DNA of 64,000 nucleotides from Ancylonema sp. (lineage: Eukaryota), in assembly GCA_050230475.1 (NCBI GenBank), contig JBFLGF010000037.1:1-64000 (forward strand), in the 5' to 3' direction. Below, piece by piece: positions 14,156 to 31,013 of the stretch. Made by a program: the position numbers and the translations under genes. Numbering within the stretch: position 1 is the first letter of the stretch; every line of letters starts with the position of its first letter. Under the pieces are notes generated by a model. The model was not told the DNA's origin. It made no database searches and worked only from the letters and a program-made list of their open reading frames with translations.

Positions 14156-14474
14156 CAATAAAACCTGTCTATAGGTATACTCTCGGGACCGGTATTTCAA
14201 ATTCCTTTAGACAGGTTATTCACTTAGACAGTTTTGGCTTCATATGTCCTAAAACGCGTTCCCGAACGAATTACGAATACCGTACACGAATATGATTCCG
14301 CACGAATTCCGTACATTATTCCTTTACACGTTCGCGGGCCGGGGGGGGGGAGTCCATTAGAGAGATATGCACGTTCTGGGGAAATTACACTCGCCCAGCG
14401 TCGGGACCGGGATTTTTTAATTCCTTTAGAGAGGTTATTCCTTTAGAGATTATTCCTTCATACAAGTTTTACCG
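14156..14474. mobile_element. Tc1/mariner(pogo)-type MITE
   Basis: TA|CAATAAAACCTGTCTA ... ATACAAGTTTTACCG|TA: imperfect TIRs with a TA TSD. Internal CGGGACCGG and TTAGA(C/G)AGGTTATTC repeats. Confidence 0.65.
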
Positions 14475-16672
14475 TAGGTGTATTTAGATTGGGGTTAATT
14501 TTGGATTGGTCGTACGAAGGAAAATGTCGTGCATGTTTCGGTTTTTAATGATTTTCTTCTTGAATTCGTAGTTTTGTTGCCGCGAATCGCCGAACCAGTC
14601 CAAAACACACATCATATATAAATTTAACGACAAGATCCAGTATGCATGGTTTACAATCACACCTCGTAATTTTCCACATCAGCAATTTTTCTAATTTTTG
14701 TTTTTTAATGGTGATATGGGCTTTACCGTAGCACTCAATTTCATATGTCTCTATCACTAAGAAAATCTTGTTTTGTGTATTCTTTTCACGTCGATGCGTT
14801 GTAAGTTTATGCGAATGAGTGATTCTTCGCTCTCCGTTGTCAACTTCGCCGTCGCAATCGACGTTGCTATGACAGCCGGATCGCAACAATTGTGGTGATG
14901 TATTGTTTGAGATCTGAAAACGGTGGGTTGATGTATTTCTTGAGATCTGAAAACGGTAAGAACATCCAGTATTTTAGTCCTCAAGTAGTCAGAACTTTCA
15001 ACGTATGCAACATGCATGTCAATCACCAGCTCGACTTACTTGTGGGTCACAAAGTAGACAATTACTAGCAGCGATGCTCCATTTCATGTCAAAGAAAATC
15101 ACGACCCTGTTATGGAAACGTCACGAAGGAAATTTTGCCTTATATCTATAAGGCAAAATTGTATTCTACAAGGCATACGGGGTATGTAGTAATCGAATGA
15201 TATAACAAGCATTTGCACTTGTGTCATCACTTGAATGAGAAAAATGCATTACTGCAGAACATCACAAATGTGTTCGAGAATATGATGATATTAGATTCGG
15301 ATGTGTTGAAAGTCAGCATGGTTGTTAGTCTAGATTGTAATGTTGGAGGTCAACGTGTTGGTGAGAATTTACAAGACTGGTTAATGAACATTGTCGTTAT
15401 GATGATCACGCATCAATTTGTGTGTATTGGAAAACTAGACCGGTTCTCCTCTTATGAGTGTTACGATCTAATCGATCCAATATTATTTGCTCGCAAATTT
15501 TTTGCTAACCCAGAATCGGACTATTCTATGGTCGGAAATATATATATCCAAGCTTTACTTTATTTATTGCATCATTGTTTCTATGGCCCCAGAAAGAGCA
15601 AGGAGAAACATGGATTGGAGCCACCAGATTGTTGTTCCATAACAAAATAACGAGCGGCGATTTGTTGTGCCCTTCCACTACGGACGGACTCACGGGTTTC
15701 TCTTATTGTTAGATCAACATAGCGTGCGTTGATGTGTTGCAGGGAAGATATGTGAAGAACAAGGTTCCGAAAATTTCATCTTCGTCTTTGTTTTGGTCCG
15801 CATCACTTGTGATCATCCTAACACATAGAAATAGCTACTCGGTATATCGGGGATGAATCTACACGGAACAATGCGGTCGTTGCGGTGTTGATGTGCAAGT
15901 GGCTTAGTGTGTCGCTAGTGGAAGATTGGAGGGTCGGCGCGGAAGTGAGGCCGGGGAGACTCCAAACGATGTTTACTTCTCCACTTAGTTAGGCCTGATC
16001 CGATCTGGGAATTTGCGATTTGGAGCCGATCCAGATCGGAGGTGCCAATGATTGCGTGAAAATCGATGAAAAACTGCGTAATTCATATGCACGCATGGTG
16101 GAGGACCTACTACTGAGTGTCAAATTTCTTTTACTTTCATGTCTTAGTCATCCGCAAGTAGGTAGAAGCTGAGACGGGACAACTTGGAGACTCAAAATCG
16201 TATGTCACCCTCGCATGGCATAATTCACCAAGAAAACGTACTCTGGGGGGGGGGCGACGTGTGGCTTTAATTGTAGACCCAAACTTCGGTCACATTAATT
16301 ACACTCGTGGATTCCTCCTATCAACGGGCACCAATAATTCACATGCTTTCTCAAAAATCATCCTGTTTGTGCCCACCATGTTTTGTGCAAGAAGTATGAT
16401 GTAGCATCATACTTCTCAAACGATAAACTTATCAAACGATATATGAATCCTCGTTGCATAAGATCAAACGCACCTCCCTCCTGTGAGAAATAACGAGAAA
16501 CCATTTTCACCCTTCCATGAGAGAGTACGAAAAAATGATTAAAAAAAATCCACAAAAATCACCCACGAAAATATAGCGGTGATCATCAGACACCAAACGG
16601 AAATACGCATTCCCAACAGCCCTCCAGATTTACTCGTTAAATCAACAAAAACCCATCACGTCTACCCTCTCC

Positions 16673-21458
<4,786 letters not shown>

Positions 21459-23741
21459 CCACAGGTACTAACGATGCTAAACTTGGTCAAACTTCCGGCA
21501 CAGTCATAAACTAAGAGTGTTTTCGGGAAACATTTTTCCTGTAAAGCACTGTTGCTTGTTCTTCATCAATCATATTCAAGTGGCTACGAGGGCGTTACAT
21601 CACAAGACTCCGGGCCCTCAAACAATTCTTATCGGAGAAGAGTTTGCCCTAAGCATTATCGCAGTAAATAAGCTCAGAGCTGCAGACAACGCAAGCAACG
21701 GCTGCTGCCGCCACGCGCTGCAGGCACTCGCCGTAAAGCTGACGCAGTGCAGGAGAACCCCTACATACAAAACCTTGTTTCTTATATCGAGGCAGTACTT
21801 GTAACCCAGCGGGTGCGGCGCGAGATTCGCGTCGGCAGCTCGTTCGAGGAACTTATTTTCTCTGTGTAGGTACGGCCCGAATTGGGCAAGTTAATCCCAA
21901 AAATTACAAACAAATGGAAAACGTCGATACAAGATTGATATCATTTCGTGAAGTAGCACCGTGCTCACCCCATCTGGATGCAACGAAATCAAGCCATAAA
22001 TTAAAAAAACAAAGAAATTTTGCCGACCCTATGGGAAGCGATCTATCATACATAACTCGGTCAACAAGATTGACGCTCGCGAGGGATGAGTAGGTAAGAG
22101 AGGTTTACCTTACTCTAACCGAGATTCTTAGCATGGATAGTGCGTGACTAGTAAGAAGGGTTTTTTTTTTTTGCATTTTACCACATGCATTCAGGTCATT
22201 TAGAAATCTCATCACATGAAAATCCTCTCTTTAACAAAAACTCGGTATCAAATATGTTTTTGAGGGCAAACAAATACCGGAAAAGACACTTGCGAACTCA
22301 AACTTTCGACAATCATCGATTTTTTATAGTCCGGGGAAATTGACGTTGATTTATATTCGGCATTATATAAAATATGAATAGTCCGTGTAATCATATTGGT
22401 GCCTTCAAATGGGTTTTTCTTTTGCATTGTCTCTATGTATATCCCCGTCATTTCGATATATGCCTTGGGAAAATAAATAATGATTACGATGCAAAACAAT
22501 GTTCAATTGTTACGACGATAAACAACAATAAGGATGAAAGAGCAGCTCAACGACCCATTTGGATGAAACAAAGCCGTTTCAACACATTCATCAATAGACG
22601 TAAAAATGACAACCCCCCTCATTACTCCCGTTATTTATTGTACAGACTCCCTTCTTAGCTCAATGGCCAATCGAGCACATCAAACTATGATTGCGACTAA
22701 AATCGCAAATTCTTTTCCTATGTTTCTCTTTCGTTTTTTAGTGAGTGAATTGTTTATAGAAGCGCCTGGTTTTTGTTTACGAGTCGTAAACACATTCCAA
22801 TTATTCCTTCGATAGAAAGACCCTTCATGTAGCGACTCCCTTGATGACGGGGGTGGAAAATAATGATTTCCCTACAAAATTGCCCTCGATACAAGTAATT
22901 GGACCCTCGACATGAAGACATTCAGTATTTTTTTGTAAGAAAGCACTCCGATTGTTTTTGCGAGTAACGAAATATTGCAAACTTGAAAAACCGAAAAATC
23001 CGGAATGATGGAATTCCGTATCCTTATGAGTATCCAGTGGTGCTAGACATGTACTACACCGCGCCAAGCTTTTGGGTGCAGTACGCCGTATTTACCACGC
23101 ACCTAGCTTCCGAACACAGAAGGTCGTATCCATCGATACGTATATAGGCGCGAATGTTGCAATGTTCCGAAAACATGTGCGTACTTCACCGCCCCGTATA
23201 AGTACTCATAACACAAATATGGTTCCCCTCATAATCTTGTTCTTGTGCGTGCTTGATGAAAAGTGTCACCGTATGTTGGTATCCTTGCGTAATATTACAG
23301 CACATAGAGTAACACAATATATAACTTGATAATTGTTTCATAGCGATTCTCACGCACTTCATGTTTTAAGCACAAAGTGGTGTCCGTTTCGCCTAATTTA
23401 CACATTCGCTCAATATAGACAATGAATTGGAAATGCGTAAACATATTAAAGTATATATTCTAAAGTCATTTGGGGTCGAAATTCTTTGATAAAATTGTCA
23501 ATAGAACTAGATTCACTTCGCACGAAGGCTTCAGACAGGCTTGAAAACCACAACATTGTTGTTCCTCCGAAATACATACATTTGTGCCTGGACAACATAT
23601 ACCGAACAATTTAAACATGAAAAGACACTAACACATCGATAACATACAAACTATACAAAAAAACGTAATGGACGCGTCGGTAGGAACGCTTCAATATCAA
23701 ATAATAATAGTGGGGTTACGGTAAGATGTATGCGTGTGTAA

Positions 23742-26700
23742 CATAGTTGCACAAACCTTCCTTCGAGGCCAAAACTTCGGACCAGCGGCAATAGGGCCTC
23801 TTTTTTTTTTCCGGTGTGTTGAGATGGAGAAACCAATCCGGAAATATTTATTTTGTGAATAAATGGATCTTTTGCATGATATATTTATGTCGAAAAAATG
23901 TACAAGCTGACATTCTACTCCTTGTGCACTTTTACCCCCAAACATGCCCATGAATAACTTTCTCCCGAAGATTCGCGGCCCGATCTACGCTATTCCTCGG
24001 TTCCAAACTTGGTTTTGCCCGTTCTAGTAACTATGGTGTGTACATAGATGGATTAAAAAAAAATGTAAAATCCCGATATGAGAAAACAAAAACAAAAAAA
24101 AAAACAAAAAAAAAAACCCTTTAAAAAAAAACCCATTAGTGATAGGCTGATAGGGTTCCGATAATGATAAGTAATGACAGTTATTCGCGACATAATAGAC
24201 TATCTTATAAAGTATAGTTGCACGGACCGGCGGACCGGGGTTGAAAGGTCCCGGTTCCGGACCGGAGTCTGTTTTTTCGTGCTCAAAAGTCGGACCAGCT
24301 ATGTAGGGTAATATCTTCTTTTGGGGGTACTTATATGTTTTCCGTGGTAAAAACTCTGAAAACATTTTTTGCGTGGATGGTCTTTTTTTTTGCATTGTAC
24401 AAAGATTTCAAGAAAACGTTTGTCACAACGAATAAGTTATGAACACCATAATGCTCATAACTAAATGCAATTTTCACCGAAACCCCCAAAAAATATTATT
24501 GGAGAGATTTCCTTTCCCACTTGGATGGGATTGAAATGAATTATTTTCTTATGTTCATGTAGTCTATCGAAACAAAAAAAATAAAATGTTTCACATTCAA
24601 ATATCAACATCAACAAAATATCAACATGCCATGTTAACGATCGATGATAAATGTTTGCTCTCGTTATTATTTATATCCTCCCGAAAACATTCAACTTACA
24701 TCTGACCTTTGACTTTATGCATAAAAGATGATGCGACAATTCGACTTCGCTCTTTATCTCATTCGCTTCTGTCCCTTTGTGGATTGGAATCTACCTCTGC
24801 CTCGCTGTGGGCAGGAACGCTACTTCTGTCTCTCTGTGGACAGGCATCTCTCTCGCACTTCTGCCCCTTAGTGGACAGGAATCTCTCACGCGCTTCTGCC
24901 CCTTAGTGGACAGGAATTCGCTTCTGTCTCGGTGGAGACAGGGACTTCCACAATATATTCCGGAGCAATCGATGCAATGGAAACATAGGGGAACTACAGT
25001 AAACATTTAACACGAGTGCAGGTTTGTGCAAGGATGTCAAGATGATTAGAGTAATTGATTTAGAGATTGTCGCCGAGTAGGCTATATCCCTTGTGAGTAC
25101 GAAGTTCCTAGAATATTCTAGCCTACCGGATAAGGTTTTGGTGTCGCTAATCCTAGTCAACTTATCGTCCCATCTAGTCATCCCGAGTGTGGTCCCGACC
25201 GACCTATCTATAGTGACTAGATCTCGTAAGCGGGCCACTGAAAATACTTCCTATCGATATTATGCTCCCCGCTAAAATATCCGTACATGAAAATATCCCG
25301 TGTTAAAGAAATGTTGTTAACCCAAAATATACCAAAAATCATCCCCTAAAATCAACCAATGAAAAGCTACAATTGCATTTACAATTATATCTCAACACAC
25401 CCCCTAATTGAAAATGCAACAACCCCTACTTCCAAAAATGTATTTATAAAGCACCCCCAAAGTGCTAATGCACTTCTGCCCCTTAGTGGACAGGAATCTC
25501 TCACGCGCTTCTGCCCCTTAGTGGACAGGAATTCGCTTCTGTCTCGGTGGAGACAGGGACTTCCACAATATATTCCGGAGCAATCGATGCAATGGAAACA
25601 TAGGGGAACTACAGTAAACATTTAACACGAGTGCAGGTTTGTGCAAGGATGTCAAGATGATTAGAGTAATTGATTTAGAGATTGTCGCCGAGTAGGCTAT
25701 ATCCCTTGTGAGTACGAAGTTCCTAGAATATTCTAGCCTACCGGATAAGGTTTTGGTGTCGCTAATCCTAGTCAACTTATCGTCCCATCTAGTCATCCCG
25801 AGTGTGGTCCCGACCGACCTATCTATAGTGACTAGATCTCGTAAGCGGGCCACTGAAAATACTTCCTATCGATATTATGCTCCCCGCTAAAATATCCGTA
25901 CATGAAAATATCCCGTGTTAAAGAAATGTTGTTAACCCAAAATATACCAAAAATCATCCCCTAAAATCAACCAATGAAAAGCTACAATTGCATTTACAAT
26001 TATATCTCAACAGTGACATCTTTCGATTTAGCCACGCGTCTTTTACCGTCCACTACTCAACTATACACGCTTTTCGATAGGCGAAGTCGTCATCACATTT
26101 TTGTGTGACGATGTACAAAAATAATAATTGTTAAATTTTTGAATATATATACGGGTGGATTCCATTCCCGCTCTATTTTCGCCATCTTGTGGCCCGGATG
26201 GAGGAGTATTCAAATTCTTCGTGATAACATTGGCGTATTGTGCTGACCATACCCATTATATTATTTTACGACCAAGGAATCGAAGGTCATCCTCTTCAAT
26301 AGAATTCTTATCGGATGATGAATGTTTATTCGACGACCCAAACCGTTTTTGTGAACCCAAAAACCATTCCCTCGATCAATGAGCGGTCGGATTGAAACAC
26401 TCTTATTTTTCTGGTAAAATAACTAGAAAAACCCCCGCGAAAAAAAAAAGACAGGGGTTTTTTTTTCTAAAAAATCTACGGTGCGACCGGTTCCCAACTC
26501 CGGTGCCGGTCCAACCGCGGTCCGAAAATAAAATATTGCCGGTCCATGCATCTATGATATGAAGTCTAGACTTGTGGCTAGAAAGACAAGCGATTAGTTT
26601 AACAACATTTTTATCACAGTTGCGCGGATAGGCACCATTTTATTGTCACACCGCAGTCTGTCCGGATCCGAAACCGGGACCGGGTCGAACCACGATCATT

Positions 26701-26967
26701 TTGAGTATTTTTCTCTCCTTGACAAAAATAAGGGAAATTGGGCATGTTGGGCGACTTATGGGGTGCATTATTTTGGGACATTTTGCACAATGCATAAGTC
26801 GAAATGATTCACAATTATATTTTTCCCGGAATTGTTTCTCCACGATAAACCTCTTGATATCTTGAAACTAAAACATAAAATATTGAACTACTGGGCAATT
26901 TCTCCTAGAAGGACGGACCTCGGCCCGGAAGCTAGTCCTCGGAATCTGGTGTGCCGGTGCAACTATA
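23742..26967. mobile_element. Putative non-autonomous TIR element (CATAGTTGCAC...GTGCAACTATA) hosting a nested LTR element
   Basis: 11-bp near-perfect TIRs, flanked on both sides by TGTGTAA. An additional internal TIR-like TATAGTTGCAC lies at 24213. Subterminal GGACCGG repeats. Confidence 0.5.
24632..26012 (-). mobile_element. Non-coding LTR retroelement derivative (truncated LTR - 72 bp spacer with PPT - LTR)
   Basis: 543-bp direct repeat 24855-25397 = 25470-26012, offset 615. On the minus strand both copies start TGTTGAGATA, and the downstream copy is preceded by the purine tract TAGGGGGTG. Candidate LTR end ...CGTTAACA at 24632. Confidence 0.7.
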
Positions 26968-27107
26968 TGTGTAAACGTGGATCCCTCTCGTCATATCTTT
27001 AAACGCGAGGATTCAGATATTGTACATATCGACGAGTTGAACGGAGGGGTCGAAATTTGACTCTACTGTAAGCGCAAAATACAAATAACAACATATAACA
27101 TGAAAGC

Positions 27108-27400
27108 ATAGTTGCGTCCCGGACGTAAGGATCCCGGACGCGTCCGGAACTCGTCCAGCCCCGGACACGTCCCGGATGTGTCCAGAGATCCCTGGACGGT
27201 CCGGAACGTAATTAGAATGCAAAAAAAAAAAAAAAAAACGAAGTCATTCATTCTGAAGTTACACAAGTGTGGGGGTTCCAAAGATATGGATACCAGATTT
27301 TAGCTGTTGCGTCCGGGTCCGGGAATCGTCCGGGATGCGTTGAGGCCCGGACGCGTTCCGGACGCGTCCGGAGATCCCCTAACGGTTCGGGACACAACAA
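27108..27400. repeat. MITE-like element with two blocks of CCGGACG/CGTCCGG palindromic repeats
   Basis: CATAGTTGCGTCCCGG start and CGGGACACAAC end; two similar internal blocks at ~27108-27210 and ~27305-27400. Confidence 0.55.
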
Positions 27401-27996
27401 AAGTAATAAGAAAAGTCATTGATGGGATGTGTGCTTCGACCAAAAAACACTAAATATGAGAAAGTAGAATCTAATGCATGGTGTATCCTATAACGTGACT
27501 TCTGATGTTTACATCGGAAAAATTTAGCGGAGATTTAAGAAGCCCCCCCGAAGAAAAAACTGTATATTAAAATGTTTATCACGGCGGAGTTATGCATTGA
27601 AGCTCTACTTCATTGTGAAGTGAAGTAAGGTTGATTGTACATGAATAGTTGATAGTTTTGGCAAGGACGTAGTGCCTTATTGTTGAGGAGTAAACATGAA
27701 CATCTGAATGGTATAATCAAGTTGATTTTCCGGTTGAAGGCCAAACTAATGACACAATGAGGTATGTTGCGTTAACTAAGAATGGCATCAATGAAATGGA
27801 ATCAATGAAGCAAAAATATTTACAGAGGAAAATCTGCCTTTTTCCTTACCCTCGACCCTAACACTCAATTAGGCTTCACACTCAATGAGTGTAGACACTT
27901 ATGTGTCTCACCATGGTAGGTAGCCTGAGCCACCTACCCAGCCTTGACTCCGAAGTCCCACACGACCCCGCCAACATTCATCAGACCCCTACCCCC

Positions 27997-29578
27997 TCAT
28001 TTCTTTTTTTTGTTGCTCTTTGGCTTTTTTTCTTGCGCCGCATTGGAAGCCCCCTTTTCTTGGGGTTGAGGAGCTGGAGCTACAAACTTTTCCTCCACTC
28101 TGCTCTTACCGTGCTGTTCGTGTTTTGCCACAAGGGCGGCCACTCGGATGAACAAGGCTTGCCCTGCACGCCATTCCCAATACAACTGAAGTGATGCTAT
28201 CCGAGATGCATTCCGTAGTCATCTTCTGCACTGATGTGACTCCTTGAGGTTTAAGGTAACGGATTGGTCGATATCATGAGTAGCAACATGTGCGTAAGGT
28301 GAGTGGGTTCGGCTTCAATGACACACCATCGTAAGAAGTTAGACGCGTATTAGGGCTAGTGATAGTAGTTAGGTTACTTTGAGTGTGTGGTTGTTCAAAT
28401 GCTTTTCTTCTTCATGTAAATACTCAAACGCGGTTGCCATATTGCCCCTCAATCTCTCATGCATGCAAGGGAATCAGAACCAATCCAGGGCTGCCCTCCA
28501 GGGCACTACTGCACTATTGCACTACTGCACTACTGCCGAGAAAGTGCCTCACTAAAAATTGCCAAAAAATTTGCCACTAAATGCAGCACTGCTAATGCCT
28601 AGAAAAACTATTTTCACCTGTATAATTCGCTCAAGTTGAGAGGTTTGGCTACAAGAATCTACAAAGGAGATTACCGAAATTGCGGTTCAAGCCAGCCACA
28701 CTCCGTGAAAAAGAATGGGGATGGAGCTAGCTGAGCTGACGAGATTACGTTGAACTTTGGTGCGATTGCGGACAGAGGGAGCTTACTGTTGGGTACAAAG
28801 GGAGTGATCGGGCTGCCATCGTCCTTCTTCAGGAGCACTTTCACCCTGCCCCTCTGGAAAAAGTCTCGCGAATAGCCCTTCTCTGGCTGCATCACAAATG
28901 TGTCGTATTTGTGGATCAGGCGTTGTTTTATAGACATTTGGTGGTTTGACACCTCACACGCTGGTAGCGAACGGCGTATATATTTCAAGAAAGCTATGAG
29001 CTTTAATCGGGATGTCTGCTGAGATTCCTCTAATCGCATCGCGCTTGGTCAATTGCCAGCTGTAGGCTGAAGTGGCGCCTAGTTCCGAGGGAGGACCTGT
29101 TCCGAGGGAGGTACCTGAGGAACTGGTCGCAGAGACTGTCAATGAGAGTGGACATACTTGGAGCAGTACCCGCGATGACCGCGATAGGTCAGAGACGTAG
29201 GAAAAAGGAACAGAAGAATGTGTAGCAGATAGCGGATTTCTTTTATTTATATACTTTGACTGTCCTAGCAGCGGCCTTGGAGCTGGTTTATCACAAACCT
29301 GAGTCATCCTGATGGTTGACTATCTATCTTCCAGTAAACTGAACTTATCAACTCATGTGGTCTCGACCTGAACTGTCAAACTTCCATCAGAGGGGGTAGA
29401 AATTCACCTCTGGGTACAACGGCAGTTTGAGATATGAGATGCTTTCGCAAATAAGATGAAACTCCGGATCTGCCACTGCTTTGCTTGTTGGAATCCGACG
29501 GCCCTCTGCTAGAGTCTTCTTTGAGTTGATGTAGATTGGGTACAGGCACACCCACCGAGACCTGTCTGCCTGGGCCAT
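27997..29578 (-). CDS. SRP19: Signal recognition particle 19 kDa protein; 3 exons (approx. 29578-29408, 28887-28787, 28164-27997)
   Basis: RWVCLYPIYINSKKTLAEGRRIP, EKGYSRDFFQRGRVKVLLK and a Lys-rich C-terminus. Splice phases are consistent. Confidence 0.95.
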
Positions 29579-31013
29579 TAATTAACGAACCAAATTTTTC
29601 CCCTGAAATCAAACGAACTTTTAGTTTGAGCTCCTCAATCTCATGCCGAATTCGTGCTTCCGTACTACCTTAAGTTGCGTGACGATTCGCAGTTCACTTT
29701 GGGCTAGTGGCAGGGTGAAACAGCTCATCTGAAGGGGACTCAGAGCATCGACTGCGCAGAAGTGGCGGTACCCCGGGCATCCCCGGGCCACCCTCTCTAT
29801 TGGCAACCTCTTGGTAGGGACCCTGGCCCTGGATCATGGCCCTGGAATCTGGCCCTGGACAAGCAGGTTTTGCCGGAAATTGGCTCCGCTGCTGCTGGAA
29901 ACAGTGCGGCATCACCCAGCGCCGTGGCTAACAGGTCTGTGCATAGACGACAAATTCGCGGAGTCGATTCCCGACGATTGCCTGTGGTCAGCAGGTATTG
30001 ACGCAGGATCGCAGTCATTCTCGTTGGAGACTAGGTATACGGCGGTGGGAGAAAGGATACCGTAAGCAAATTACTCCTTCACCATCCCGCGAACCAAATG
30101 ATTCTTGTTGCCAAAACGTTCAGGTGATGGTTGTTGAACTGGAGTTCGACATTCAACAACATCGGAATTCCGGCTGTATATTTATGCCTGCGAAAGAAGT
30201 TGCTGAACATGGCATGCCTCTGAGTCCAGTAAGCAAGGTCCAATATTTACGCCTTGGTAGTGTACAACTTTTTTAAAGTATTCTACCTGCATTCCCAGTC
30301 TCTGTTCCCGAAGGCTCTGCGTAAGGAGCTTCTTTCCATGAACGTTCGTTCAAAGGTGAGGATATATTCTGCAATCTTGGAAGCACCCCTGTTGCGATGT
30401 GCGGCGTGCAACTGTCTTGCCGAGTGATAGGCAGGTCGCGCCTTCGGCTTGGCTATCTCCTAACACATCCATCAGTGATGTTGGTTTTCCTTCTGTTTTG
30501 ATAATCACTCTAAACTTAATGTCAAGTGTTGGGTAAACTGGCTTTGAACTGCTCCTGGTTCAGAATAAAGTGTTCTGGTACAATGTATCTTGTACCACAG
30601 ATTTGTTCTCTGGGTGGTTGGACTTTATTACTTCCAATTTTTTATCGTCTAGAATGCAAGATACGGAGTCGCGAGTCCGAAATCGAGTGTAAGCCATTCA
30701 TATGGAGCACTATAACTTTTATGGTTTGTCTATGTAGTCCATGTTTTTTTTCTCCATGGGACAGAGTTGGTGCACATATTGCAGCGAAATCCTTAGGAGG
30801 TAGAATGTTCACTAAGATGGGAACACATGTCGATCAAGGAGACGTAAATAGGATGAGAAGAGAGGTGCAAAATAGGAATTGGTGATTTTGATATGCTATT
30901 ATGCAACACCACATGTGACGTTGCCCACACATACACCACTCTATCGATTTACACTTTTTTTAATATCTTTCTTTTCTGTTTTCCCCTTCTCAAACGCTGC
31001 CGAAACGGCAACT

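Noticed and set aside
24762..24945. CRISPR array
   Set aside because: Repeats are degenerate, linkers are only ~5-12 bp and related to each other, there are no cas genes, and the context is a eukaryotic LTR.
24777..25890. Duplicated 60-111 aa ORFs
   Set aside because: Incidental ORFs within the duplicated LTR; no gag/pol motifs.
28890..30100. 7SL/SRP RNA or snoRNA next to SRP19
   Set aside because: Only a weak partial resemblance (GCTGGTTT at ~29282); no Alu/S-domain consensus or paired C/D boxes found.
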